A DNA stretch of 64,000 bases from an uncultured Gammaproteobacteria bacterium (lineage in GTDB: Bacteria > Patescibacteriota > Patescibacteriia > Magasanikbacterales > GWA2-37-8): positions 69,315 through 133,314 of the forward strand of contig CAZINT010000001.1 in assembly GCA_964540825.1 (NCBI GenBank), in the 5' to 3' direction. The notes below the pieces were generated by a model. The model had not been told where the DNA came from. It searched no databases and was given only the letters and a program-made list of their open reading frames with translations. Below, one piece after another: positions 1-9,022 of the stretch. The translations under genes were made by a program, and so were the position numbers. Positions within the stretch are counted from its first letter, which is position 1. Each line of letters starts with the position of its first letter.

Positions 1-1
1 T

Positions 2-2344
2 GCAACCATCACAGAGATTTATGATTATTTGCGCGTCATGTTTGCGCGCGTCGGGAATCCGTATTGCCCGGTGTGTGGTACCAGAATCGAGAAGATGACC
101 GTCGACCAGATGATCGATCGGATAATTGTGGAAACAAAATCACAAAACGAAAAAACCAAAAAAATTAAAACGGAAGAAAATCATTTGACGATTTTTTCCC
201 CCGTAGTGCGTGGTCGCAAAGGGGAGTACTACCAAATGCTCTATGATTTGTATAATTCGGGATTTTTAGAAGTGCGTGTCGACGGCGCGATTAAAAGTTT
301 GCGTGAACGGGTGCTTTTGTCCAAAAATAATAAACATACCATTGAAGTCGTCGTGGATAAAATTCCGCTCGTTAAAAAATGGGAAGCCGATGATCTTTTG
401 CGTCTAACGGAAGCGGTGAACAAAGCAGTTGATTTATCGAATGGTTTGGCGACGGTGGCGTATCCAGGTCAAGCCGAGCATGTCTATAGTACCGAGTATT
501 CTTGTCCGAACGATGGGTTTAGTTTCCCGGAAATCGAGCCGCGGCTTTTTAGTTTCAATAGTCCATACGGCTACTGCGAAGCGTGCACGGGTCTTGGTAC
601 GAAAGAATTATTCAGCACCGAAATTTGCAGTGTCTGTGAAGGCAAGCGTCTTAATAAAACAGCGCTCAGCGTTCGTGTTGCCGGCAAAAATATTTGGGAA
701 GTCACGAGCCTGACGATTGGTGAAGCTCGTGAATTTTTTGCCGAAGTAGAATTGTCGCTCGATGCCAAGACCGTAGAAATTGCCGGAGCGGTGTTTCGAG
801 AAATTAGCAACCGCTTGCAGTTCATGTTTAATGTCGGGCTGTATTATCTTAATTTAAATCGTAAGGCCGGAACATTATCGGGAGGCGAAGCGCAGCGTAT
901 TCGTCTCGCGTCACAAGTTGGTACACGTCTCGTGGGTGCGCTCTACGTGCTTGATGAACCAACAATTGGGCTGCACCAGAAGGATAACGATCAATTGGTA
1001 AAAACTTTGCGAAGCCTTTGTGATATTGGTAACACCATTATTGTGGTTGAGCATGACGAAGACACTATTCTCGTCAGTGATTGGATTGTGGATATTGGTC
1101 CGGCTGCTGGAAAGCATGGCGGTGAGGTGGTGTATTCTGGTCCACTCGGAAAGTTGCTGCAAGGAAAACAAATGGCCACTGGCGTGATTAGTCCAACAGC
1201 CAAACGCAAAGCAGCCGCCCTGTCTGATGAAAATGAAACATGGGGTTGTAAGGTTTTGGGTGACCCTAAAAAATCGATCACGGGCAAATATTTACGCGGG
1301 GATCTTAAAATTGAAATTCCAGAAAAACGCCGCAAGGTAGATGCGTCGACGCCAAAAATTAAAATTAAAGGCGCCGAAGAACATAATCTCAAAAATATTT
1401 CGGTTGAGATTCCGCTGCGCCGGTTTGTGTGTTTGACTGGTGTGTCGGGTTCGGGAAAATCAACGCTGATGAATGATGTGCTTGAAAAAACGCTGGCCAA
1501 TCGTTTTTACCACATGAATAAAGAAGTGGGTAAGCACAAAGAAATTACCGGCACCGAATATATTGACCGCATGATTGTGATTGACCAAAGTCCGATTGGA
1601 CGTACACCGCGTTCGAACCCGGCAACCTATACGAAAGCGTTTGATTTAATTCGTGAATTATTTGCCTCCACAGCCGAAGCAAAATTGCGCGGTTTCAAGA
1701 GTGGGCGGTTTAGCTTTAACGTTCCGGGTGGGCGCTGCGAAAATTGTGAAGGGCGCGGAACTTTGGAAATCGAAATGCATTTCTTGCCAAGCGTCGAAAT
1801 TGTGTGTGACGTTTGTAAAGGAAAAAGATTTACCAACGAAATTTTGCAAGTACAATATAAAGATAAAAATGTAGCTGAAGTTTTGGCGATGACCGTAGAA
1901 GAAGCCGAAGAATTTTTCCGTGACATTCCGCTTATCAACGATAAATTAAAAATTCTCAATGAAGTCGGCTTGGATTATCTGACGCTTGGCCAATCAGCGA
2001 CGACCCTGTCGGGCGGTGAGGCGCAGCGTATTAAACTCTCCAAAGAATTGTCCAAACACGGTACAACGAAGACATTGTACCTGCTCGACGAGCCAACGAC
2101 CGGTTTACATTATGACGATGTGCGCAAATTAGTTGGTGTGCTTGATCGCTTGGTGGGGCAGGGAAATACAGTTATGGTTATTGAGCACAATCTTGATGTT
2201 ATCAAATGTGCGGACTGGATTATTGATTTGGGCCCCGAAGGCGGAGACAAGGGTGGTCAAGTAATAGCCACCGGTACCCCCGAAGAGGTTTCGATTAAAA
2301 AAGGCAGTTTTACCGGAGAGTATTTGAAACGAATGCTGAAGTAA
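2..2344 (+). CDS. uvrA: Excinuclease ABC subunit A, copy 1 (5'-partial; lacks the insertion domain)
   Basis: Frame is open from the window start (ATITEIYDYLR). Two ABC cassettes: LSGGEAQRIRLA/VLDEP, then GVSGSGKS, LSGGEAQRIKL/LLDEP; CxxC zinc modules. Confidence 0.95.
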   Translation, partial: ATITEIYDYLRVMFARVGNPYCPVCGTRIEKMTVDQMIDRIIVETKSQNEKTKKIKTEENHLTIFSPVVRGRKGEYYQMLYDLYNSGFLEVRVDGAIKSLRERVLLSKNNKHTIEVVVDKIPLVKKWEADDLLRLTEAVNKAVDLSNGLATVAYPGQAEHVYSTEYSCPNDGFSFPEIEPRLFSFNSPYGYCEACTGLGTKELFSTEICSVCEGKRLNKTALSVRVAGKNIWEVTSLTIGEAREFFAEVELSLDAKTVEIAGAVFREISNRLQFMFNVGLYYLNLNRKAGTLSGGEAQRIRLASQVGTRLVGALYVLDEPTIGLHQKDNDQLVKTLRSLCDIGNTIIVVEHDEDTILVSDWIVDIGPAAGKHGGEVVYSGPLGKLLQGKQMATGVISPTAKRKAAALSDENETWGCKVLGDPKKSITGKYLRGDLKIEIPEKRRKVDASTPKIKIKGAEEHNLKNISVEIPLRRFVCLTGVSGSGKSTLMNDVLEKTLANRFYHMNKEVGKHKEITGTEYIDRMIVIDQSPIGRTPRSNPATYTKAFDLIRELFASTAEAKLRGFKSGRFSFNVPGGRCENCEGRGTLEIEMHFLPSVEIVCDVCKGKRFTNEILQVQYKDKNVAEVLAMTVEEAEEFFRDIPLINDKLKILNEVGLDYLTLGQSATTLSGGEAQRIKLSKELSKHGTTKTLYLLDEPTTGLHYDDVRKLVGVLDRLVGQGNTVMVIEHNLDVIKCADWIIDLGPEGGDKGGQVIATGTPEEVSIKKGSFTGEYLKRMLK

Positions 2345-2357
2345 ATTTTGACGAATA

Positions 2358-2423
2358 AAAAATCATCCTTCGTCCTAATGTCACACACGTATATGAATTT
2401 AGGACGGGCGAAGGATGATTTTT
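2358..2423 (+). terminator. Long hairpin/intrinsic terminator after uvrA
   Basis: AAAAATCATCCTTCG (2358-2372) pairs with CGAAGGATGATTTTT (2409-2423); alternative inner stem CGTCCTAA/TTAGGACG. Confidence 0.6.
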
Positions 2424-2481
2424 GGTACGTCAATACTGTTTGGTGTTAGCCGCTATATTTACAAAATATTTTGTAGCAGCA

Positions 2482-2510
2482 TTGACTGAACCCTTAAAAT
2501 ATGTTATACT
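2482..2510 (+). promoter_or_regulatory. Sigma70 promoter of GC-rich cassette 1
   Basis: TTGACT-17 nt-TATACT with extended -10 TG. Confidence 0.75.
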
Positions 2511-2663
2511 CCGGTATCTTCTGCGCCGAGCAGAGGATTTTTTTATTTACAACGTTCTTTACCAGCTGTTTCTTGGTGGTGAAAAAGGCATTTTGTGCCT
2601 TATTTTCCACCAAGAAACCGCCGTGCGTCGGATACGCATGTTTGTGTCCCAGGAGTCCAGTAT

Positions 2664-3107
2664 ATGGAGAAGTCCCCAGTCATCGCCCGTCTCGCGTCCG
2701 GCATCATGATGCTCGCCGTTATCCTCAGCCTCATCGGGTGCGGTCAGGAGCTAGAGCCGGAACCCATCTATGACACGGAGATCAAGGATTATTACTACGC
2801 CGATTTTACCGCCAGCGGGCTTATCCCTGAGCAGCTGGCGTGGGTCACGGTGCGTAACATTCCGGATGGTGCAAAGCTCGCTCTCCTGTATGGAAGCAAC
2901 GCAAGCGATTCACGTCCCCACCAGATCGGGTTCCTGGTCTGCCTGGCGAATGAGCAGGTTCACTCGCTCGCCATCGGCGAGATGGGGATGATGGCTTCGA
3001 AGCGGGTCGAGGTCGGAAGCACCTACTACAGTGGCGCTACCACGGTCAAGATGATCTGCACAGTGCTGGTCGGTGGCGCCTACCACGCTGCTCTTCGTAA
3101 GAAGTAA
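2664..3107 (+). CDS. Orphan predicted lipoprotein (GC-rich cassette 1)
   Basis: AGGAG 8 nt before ATG 2664; MEKSPVIARLASGIMMLAVILSLIG-C lipobox; C/G-ending codons. Confidence 0.75.
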   Translation: MEKSPVIARLASGIMMLAVILSLIGCGQELEPEPIYDTEIKDYYYADFTASGLIPEQLAWVTVRNIPDGAKLALLYGSNASDSRPHQIGFLVCLANEQVHSLAIGEMGMMASKRVEVGSTYYSGATTVKMICTVLVGGAYHAALRKK

Positions 3108-3208
3108 CTCCCGTACCCGGTACCTGCCGGGTTCCCGGTCAGGCCGCGATTCAATTCGCGCTTGGCCGATGTTCCTGAGTACTTTTGCAAAAGTTTTGAG
3201 GAACAGAA

Positions 3209-3244
3209 TAAAAACCCCTGGTGTCAGGAGTTTTTTTATTTTTA
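3209..3244. terminator. Bidirectional terminator between convergent cassettes 1 and 2
   Basis: AAAAACCCCTG-GTGT-CAGGAGTTTTTTT, with A-tract and T-tract flanks. Confidence 0.65.
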
Positions 3245-3306
3245 GTATGGGGGAGGGGTGGAGCGAGAGGGGGAAATATTTCTCGCTCCACAGTAGTTGG
3301 GGCGGG

Positions 3307-3771
3307 CTACTTGGCGCTCGCAGCAAGAACCAGTTGGATTTTGGTGCGCGCCTGGCCGCCGAGCGGAGTTGGTCCGATGCCGGGAACACGCTCTGTGCCG
3401 GTGATGAACTCGCTGTTCTCGCTCAGGAACGCTTCAGCGGTGATGTCGAACGTGAGCAGGCAGTTGAGCGGCGGAACGTGAATCGTCCAATAGGCCGGCA
3501 GCACACACTTGGCTGCTCCGATCTTGAGCTCGGCCATTTTAATGGCGCTACCGTCGCAGTCGATTGCGATGGCTGCCCCACTGATGCTGTCACACTGTTC
3601 GAAGCGGTTCGGCGCGCTGTTCGGTGTCAGGAGCTCGATCGCAAGGCACGCCTCGCTCGCGCTGCACATCGAGAAGGGGTCGCTGGGTGCTGCTTCGGTG
3701 GGTGTGGTGAAGCTACACCCGCCAATGAGGAGACTGATCAAAGCGGTCGCAATACCAATTGCTCTAGACAT
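3307..3771 (-). CDS. Orphan Cys-rich predicted lipoprotein (GC-rich cassette 2)
   Basis: AAGGAG 6 nt before ATG; MSRAIGIATALISLLIGG-C lipobox; six further Cys; promoter TTGAAA-17-TAGGGT at 3826-3798 (minus). Confidence 0.75.
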   Translation of the reverse strand: MSRAIGIATALISLLIGGCSFTTPTEAAPSDPFSMCSASEACLAIELLTPNSAPNRFEQCDSISGAAIAIDCDGSAIKMAELKIGAAKCVLPAYWTIHVPPLNCLLTFDITAEAFLSENSEFITGTERVPGIGPTPLGGQARTKIQLVLAASAK

Positions 3772-3858
3772 GGTGCTCTCCTTCGTGAGTTGCTTTGACC
3801 CTACCAGGAAGCCCTTTGCTTTTCAAGTGCTTCTTTTTTGGTATACTACCCGTATTCT

Positions 3859-5115
3859 ATGGCCTTAGCACTGCAGGAATATTTAAATGATCCAAGCCAG
3901 CTCCCCGACACCCCAGGGATTTATTTGTATTATGGCCACAACAAAGAATTACTCTACGTGGGTAAGGCTACCTCGCTGCGTAGTCGTGTGCGCAGTTATT
4001 TCCGAGGTAAACGTACCCCGCGCCCGATCGAAGAAATGATCCACGAGGTTGTCAAAATTGATTACCGACAAACTGATTCGGTGCTCGAGGCAATTATTTT
4101 AGAAGCTTTATCAATTCGACGGTTCCACCCAAAATACAACGTCCTCGGGAAAGATGATAAGAGCTGGAATTATTTAGTGCTTACCCGCGAAGAATTTCCG
4201 TCGCTCCGGACAGCGCGTGAGCATGATCTCGAGGCACTCAGTCGCGCTGAAATTAAAAAGAAGTATCTCAAAATTTTTGGTCCGTTCCCGGGCCTCAATG
4301 CCAAAGCGACGCTTAAACTTTTACGCCAGTTATTTTGTTTTTCAACGTGCGAGCCGGGTGCAGGGCGGCCTTGTTTTTATTATGAAATAGAGCAGTGCCT
4401 GGGTGTGTGTATGGGTACGGTTACGGCCAAAGAATATCACGAGCTGGTTATTCGGCCACTCAGTTTATTTTTGGATGGAAAGAAAAAACAGGTGGTTAAA
4501 GAATTTGAAAAACAAATGAAGGTTGCGAGTCGCGCTCAAAATTTTGAAACAGCGGCGCGCCTGCGCAATCAATTGCAGTCGCTCTATCGCATTCACGACG
4601 TCGCACTCCTTAATAATAGTTTTTATGCGGACGAAGGATCAAACGATCCGAATGCCAAACGGCTGCGTATTGAAGGCTATGATATTTCTAATCTGGGCAT
4701 GACCGACAAAGTAGGAAGCATGGTCGTGTTCGATAATAATGGGCCGATTTCAAGTCAGTACCGCAAATTTACGATTAAAACCGTGGAAGGTCAAAGCGAT
4801 GTTGATTCGCTCGCCGAAGTAATTAATCGTCGGCTTAATCATACCGAGTGGCCCTTTCCGGATGTATTTTTGATTGATGGCGGGCGACCGCAGGTTAACA
4901 AAGTGAATCAAGTATTGGGCGAACGCCAAATTCATATTCCGGTGGTGGGTATCGCGAAAGGACCTGAGCGCAAGCGTAATGATTTTATTTTGGGCACGCT
5001 TACACCTGCTTTTATCGGCTTTGTCGATGAACACCGGAGTCTTCTTGTTCGCGTGCGTGATGAAGCGCATCGTTTTGCTATTACCTTTAATCGCAGTAAA
5101 CGAAAAATTACATAA
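3859..5115 (+). CDS. uvrC: Excinuclease ABC subunit C (short form, no C-terminal HhH)
   Basis: GIY-YIG N-terminus (PGIYLY...YVGKA), Cys cluster, UVR coil (FETAARLRNQ), RNase H-like domain (IEGYDIS, LIDGG, RDEAHRFA). Confidence 0.92.
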   Translation: MALALQEYLNDPSQLPDTPGIYLYYGHNKELLYVGKATSLRSRVRSYFRGKRTPRPIEEMIHEVVKIDYRQTDSVLEAIILEALSIRRFHPKYNVLGKDDKSWNYLVLTREEFPSLRTAREHDLEALSRAEIKKKYLKIFGPFPGLNAKATLKLLRQLFCFSTCEPGAGRPCFYYEIEQCLGVCMGTVTAKEYHELVIRPLSLFLDGKKKQVVKEFEKQMKVASRAQNFETAARLRNQLQSLYRIHDVALLNNSFYADEGSNDPNAKRLRIEGYDISNLGMTDKVGSMVVFDNNGPISSQYRKFTIKTVEGQSDVDSLAEVINRRLNHTEWPFPDVFLIDGGRPQVNKVNQVLGERQIHIPVVGIAKGPERKRNDFILGTLTPAFIGFVDEHRSLLVRVRDEAHRFAITFNRSKRKIT

Positions 5116-5119
5116 CTGT

Positions 5120-5821
5120 ATGAAATTGCATTATTTTATAACGCCTTTTAGTGTCGTCGAAACAATTGTAACCGCAGCGGATACAAAAGTTATTCATCAT
5201 GTCAAAGATGTTTTAAAAATAAGTGTCGGCGAAAAGATTGTGCTGGCCGATGGAGCAGGGAATAAAGCGTTGGTTCGAATTGCAAAAATGGGTAAAGATT
5301 TTTTGGAAGGACAATTACTTGAGCGCGAAGTTGTGCTCCCTTTAACGCCTACAGTTGTACTCTACGCCGCACTACTCAAGCGGGATATGTTCGAGCTTGT
5401 CGTGCAAAAAGCAGTTGAGCTCGGGGTGACTAAAATTGTGCCGCTCATAACCGAGCGAACGGTAAAATTAGGTTTAAATACCGAGCGTTTGGAGCGTATT
5501 ATTATCGAGGCCGTGGAACAATCCGAACAAAGTATCGTTCCTGAGCTCAGTCGGCCACTAACTCTAGCTGCTGCACTTACCGAGGCCCAATCGAGTAGTT
5601 GTTATTTTTTTCAGCAAGAAGGAACTAAAATTGCCGAAGTAGTCCCGCCAAAAGAAAAACCAATCGCTCTTTTTATCGGCCCTGAAGGCGGCTTTGCGCC
5701 TGAGGAACTGCAGCAGGCTCAGTCGAGCGGGTGTACGTTAGTTAGTCTTGGCCCAACGATGCTGCGTGCTGAAACAGCGGCTATCACAACGATTTTTTGG
5801 GTACGAAATTTGGCTCAATAG
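5120..5821 (+). CDS. rsmE: 16S rRNA m3U1498 methyltransferase
   Basis: HHVKDVLK, QKAVELGV, EAVEQS, IGPEGGF, LGPTMLRAETA motifs. Confidence 0.92.
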   Translation: MKLHYFITPFSVVETIVTAADTKVIHHVKDVLKISVGEKIVLADGAGNKALVRIAKMGKDFLEGQLLEREVVLPLTPTVVLYAALLKRDMFELVVQKAVELGVTKIVPLITERTVKLGLNTERLERIIIEAVEQSEQSIVPELSRPLTLAAALTEAQSSSCYFFQQEGTKIAEVVPPKEKPIALFIGPEGGFAPEELQQAQSSGCTLVSLGPTMLRAETAAITTIFWVRNLAQ

Positions 5822-5879
5822 TTTTTCGGTTGTCAGAATAAGCTGTGGGGTTTATACTAGGATAATTAATCCTGATCAT

Positions 5880-6350
5880 ATGAAATTAAGCGTCAATTCC
5901 ATTGCCCCTGAATTTACCTTGCCTGACAGCGAAGGGAAAATGCACAGTCTTAAAGACTATCGCGGTAAATATGTGCTCATATACTTTTACCCCAAAGACG
6001 ATACGCCTGGCTGTACCACCGAAGCGTGCAGCTTCCGCGACAATCTGCCTCATTTTGAACAAAAAGGGTTGACCGTACTCGGCGTCAGTGCGGATAGTGC
6101 TGCAAAACACCAAAAATTTGCCGCGAAGTATAAGTTGCCGTTTACGCTGCTCTCCGATGAGTCAAAGGAAATGCTCTCGGCATATGGTGTTTGGGGAAAA
6201 AAGAAGTTTATGGGGCGAGAATATAATGGTATTTTTCGAAATTCTTTTTTGATTGACCCCGCGGGAAAAATTCTTAAGATCTACGAAAACGTCAAACCGG
6301 CCGAACATGTCGCTGAAGTATTGAAAGATTTTACGGAGCTTACAGCTTAA
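5880..6350 (+). CDS. bcp: Peroxiredoxin (BCP/PrxQ)
   Basis: YFYPKDDTPGCTTEAC motif. Confidence 0.93.
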   Translation: MKLSVNSIAPEFTLPDSEGKMHSLKDYRGKYVLIYFYPKDDTPGCTTEACSFRDNLPHFEQKGLTVLGVSADSAAKHQKFAAKYKLPFTLLSDESKEMLSAYGVWGKKKFMGREYNGIFRNSFLIDPAGKILKIYENVKPAEHVAEVLKDFTELTA

Positions 6351-6359
6351 ACCACGCTC

Positions 6360-6800
6360 ATGGCTGATCTATTTACGGTTTCATATGGAGAAATTTTATG
6401 GGATTCTTATGAAAATTCTACTGAGCGTATTTTAATAATGGCCACTCTGGCCAGTCAGTCAAAAGAAATGCTGGGGCTTGCTGCCACTGACGGCCTTGCA
6501 GAATTTGAAATGCAGAAAAATCAGCTGCTTTTTCCAAAACCAGATATTCGTTTGTTTAAAGCTAAAAGTGATGCTGCTCGAGGCTGGCAGCTGGTTGATT
6601 ACGACGATCGACTGTCAGGAGACAAGATTACGCTCAAAGACTGGGTTCGGGAATACGAATCTGTACTCGAATCGGATGTCGTAAAGAAGGCTTTAGAGGC
6701 AAAAATGCCGGTGCTTAGAGCGGGTTTTTTAGCGGAAATCGCTCGGCGTTTAGCTGCTGAAGAAGGTCAAAACCAGGCACTTCACCACCAAAAGTCTTGA
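6360..6800 (+). CDS. Hypothetical protein
   Basis: 146-aa ORF packed in operon orientation; no recognisable motif. Confidence 0.6.
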   Translation: MADLFTVSYGEILWDSYENSTERILIMATLASQSKEMLGLAATDGLAEFEMQKNQLLFPKPDIRLFKAKSDAARGWQLVDYDDRLSGDKITLKDWVREYESVLESDVVKKALEAKMPVLRAGFLAEIARRLAAEEGQNQALHHQKS

Positions 6801-6836
6801 CAATTATTGTCAAATTTACTAGTATATTACTGCCTT

Positions 6837-7193
6837 ATGCAGAAACAGCCGATCCCCACAGACTCCTGGCGCGAGGCATTAAAATTCATCAATAAATGCC
6901 CGATTTGCTCGAATAGCTATACGCCCGAGCAGGCAACTTTGTTTGGAAAAAACGAAGCGGCCAGTTTGGTGCATTTAACCTGTACAAAATGCCAAAGCTA
7001 TTTTGTGGCTATGATTCTGGTGCTCGGTCAGGGTTTTAGTTCTGTCGGTATGGTCACCGACCTGAGTCTCAAAGACGCTGAACGTCTTAGCAGTCTGCCG
7101 GCCTTAACCATGAATGAAGCAATTACCGGTTTTCAGTTGATTCAAAATACAGCAATGTTTAACTCATTAATTTTAAGTGGAACTACAGTATGA
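6837..7193 (+). CDS. Zinc-ribbon hypothetical protein
   Basis: CPIC...HLTCTKC; stop overlaps the rplY start (ATGA). Confidence 0.75.
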   Translation: MQKQPIPTDSWREALKFINKCPICSNSYTPEQATLFGKNEAASLVHLTCTKCQSYFVAMILVLGQGFSSVGMVTDLSLKDAERLSSLPALTMNEAITGFQLIQNTAMFNSLILSGTTV

Positions 7194-7891
7194 CATATTC
7201 GCTCTCCGCTACTTCGCGTACGACGCGAGGAGATACAACGCGTGAACAGGGCCAGATTCCAGCAGTACTCTATGGTGCGGGTGGAGAGCCTCAATCGCTT
7301 GCAGTTGATTTCCCAAGTTTTGTAAAATTATACAAATCCGCTGGTGAAGCCAGTCTTATCGACCTTACCGTTGATGGCAAGGATGCCGGTAAGGCTCTGG
7401 TGCAAGACGTACAGCTTGATCCGGTTAAAGATCGTGTAATCCACGTTGACCTGCGCCGTATCGACATGACTAAACCAATGACTGCTACGGTTGAACTTAA
7501 ATTTGTCGGTGAAGCACCGGTTGTTAAAGCTCAAGGCGGTACAGTTGTTACCAACGTTAGTACGGTTGAAGTTCGTTGTTTGCCAAAAGATCTCGTTTCC
7601 ACGCTGGAAATTGATTTGGGCGGACTCAATTCGTTTGAGGATGCAATCAAAATTAAAGATATTAAACTCCCTCAAGGTCTTGAAATTACTTCTCCTAGTG
7701 AAAACGACTTGGTTGTTAAAGCGACTCCGGCAATTACTGAAGACGAACTCAAGAAAATGGAAGAAGCCGGAACAAGTGCAGTTGATCTGAGTAAGATCGA
7801 ATCTGCTAAGAAGAAGAAAGAAGATGACGAAACTGCTGAAGGCGCTGCTCCAGCTGGCGACGACAAGAAAGCTGCCTCAGAAAAGAAATAA
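7190..7891 (+). CDS. rplY: 50S ribosomal protein L25/CTC
   Basis: IPAVLYG, QDVQLDPV..IHVD, CTC beta domain, acidic tail. Confidence 0.93.
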   Translation: MTYSLSATSRTTRGDTTREQGQIPAVLYGAGGEPQSLAVDFPSFVKLYKSAGEASLIDLTVDGKDAGKALVQDVQLDPVKDRVIHVDLRRIDMTKPMTATVELKFVGEAPVVKAQGGTVVTNVSTVEVRCLPKDLVSTLEIDLGGLNSFEDAIKIKDIKLPQGLEITSPSENDLVVKATPAITEDELKKMEEAGTSAVDLSKIESAKKKKEDDETAEGAAPAGDDKKAASEKK

Positions 7892-7900
7892 TATACTTCC

Positions 7901-7933
7901 AAAAATAGAGCGTTATAAACGCTCTATTTTTTT
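7901..7933 (+). terminator. Intrinsic terminator after rplY
   Basis: AAAATAGAGCGTT-ATA-AACGCTCTATTTTTTT. Confidence 0.8.
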
Positions 7934-7963
7934 GTGCTCGGGGTGTGGTATACTCATTATAGT

Positions 7964-9022
7964 ATGCCGCTAGTGTCACGTTTTAAACCTCAATATATCG
8001 GCCTCGTTGTAGTGGGACTTTTTTTGATTGTCGGCGCTGCAGTCGGGTATTTGTGGCTCCGAAAAAACGTGCCGCCGGCAATAGATACAATGCCTGAGCC
8101 GCCGGTTTCGTTGTGGCACAGTGCGTTGACCGGTTTACCGGTTGGCAGCGAAGCTGAAGAGCATCCGCAGGTGGTAGGGATTATGTTTGATAATCATGCC
8201 GATGCCCGGCCGCAGTCAGGTCTCGACAAGGCAAGTATCGTTTACGAAGCGCCGGTCGAAGGCGGAATCACTCGCTTTTTTGGAATTTTTTCGGCGAGTA
8301 CGACTGCTCTAAAGGTCGGCCCCGTCAGAAGCGCGCGCCCGTATTTTTTGGATTGGCTTCAGGAATATGGTGACGCAATGTACATGCATTCAGGGGGATC
8401 GCCCGAAGCATTGCGGCTTATTGGAGCACGGGATCTTTTTGATGCAAATGAATTTTATCGCGGGGCGTATTATTGGCGCGATGCCAGCCGCTTTGCCCCG
8501 CATAATTTATATTCAAGCAGCGCTAACTGGCAAAAAATGATTGTGAAGTATGGTGCCGATCGCACTGCCCTGCCGTGGGAAGGCTGGAAATTTGCTGACG
8601 AAACTACCCAGGCACGTACCGCTACGTCGCCGGTAAGTGTTATGGTTGCATATGCCAGTACCTACAAGGTTACCTGGCAATTTACCGCTGCAACGGGGCG
8701 GTATGCTCGCTTACTCAATGCTCAACCGTACACGACGCAAGAAGGCGTGCCGATCATTGCTGATTCGGTGGTTTTTCTTAGTATGAATGTCGCAACAATT
8801 GATGACGAAGGTAGGCGCGAAATTCAAACTGTTGGTTCAGGGGACGCTACAATTTTGACGGGTGGTAACCTAATCAGGGGTACGTGGAGAAAGAATGGTC
8901 TTACCGATCGAACGCGTTGGTATGACGCGGAGGGTGCTGAAATTACCTTAGTATCCGGGGTAACCTGGGTACAAATTGTACCCAGCGAAATTGGCCTTAC
9001 AATCGAGTCGAAAGACTCATAA
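7964..9022 (+). CDS. DUF3048 (YerB-like) membrane-anchored protein
   Basis: DNHADARPQSGL, EAPVEGGITR, GPVRSARPYF, APHNLY motifs; N-terminal TM. Confidence 0.85.
   Translation: MPLVSRFKPQYIGLVVVGLFLIVGAAVGYLWLRKNVPPAIDTMPEPPVSLWHSALTGLPVGSEAEEHPQVVGIMFDNHADARPQSGLDKASIVYEAPVEGGITRFFGIFSASTTALKVGPVRSARPYFLDWLQEYGDAMYMHSGGSPEALRLIGARDLFDANEFYRGAYYWRDASRFAPHNLYSSSANWQKMIVKYGADRTALPWEGWKFADETTQARTATSPVSVMVAYASTYKVTWQFTAATGRYARLLNAQPYTTQEGVPIIADSVVFLSMNVATIDDEGRREIQTVGSGDATILTGGNLIRGTWRKNGLTDRTRWYDAEGAEITLVSGVTWVQIVPSEIGLTIESKDS

Noticed and set aside
3073-3868. Long + strand ORFs (241 aa, 119 aa) over cassette 2, and similar ORFs over cassette 3 (30546-31100)
   Set aside because: Shadow ORFs expected in GC-rich DNA; the minus-strand ORFs carry the SD, promoter and lipobox.
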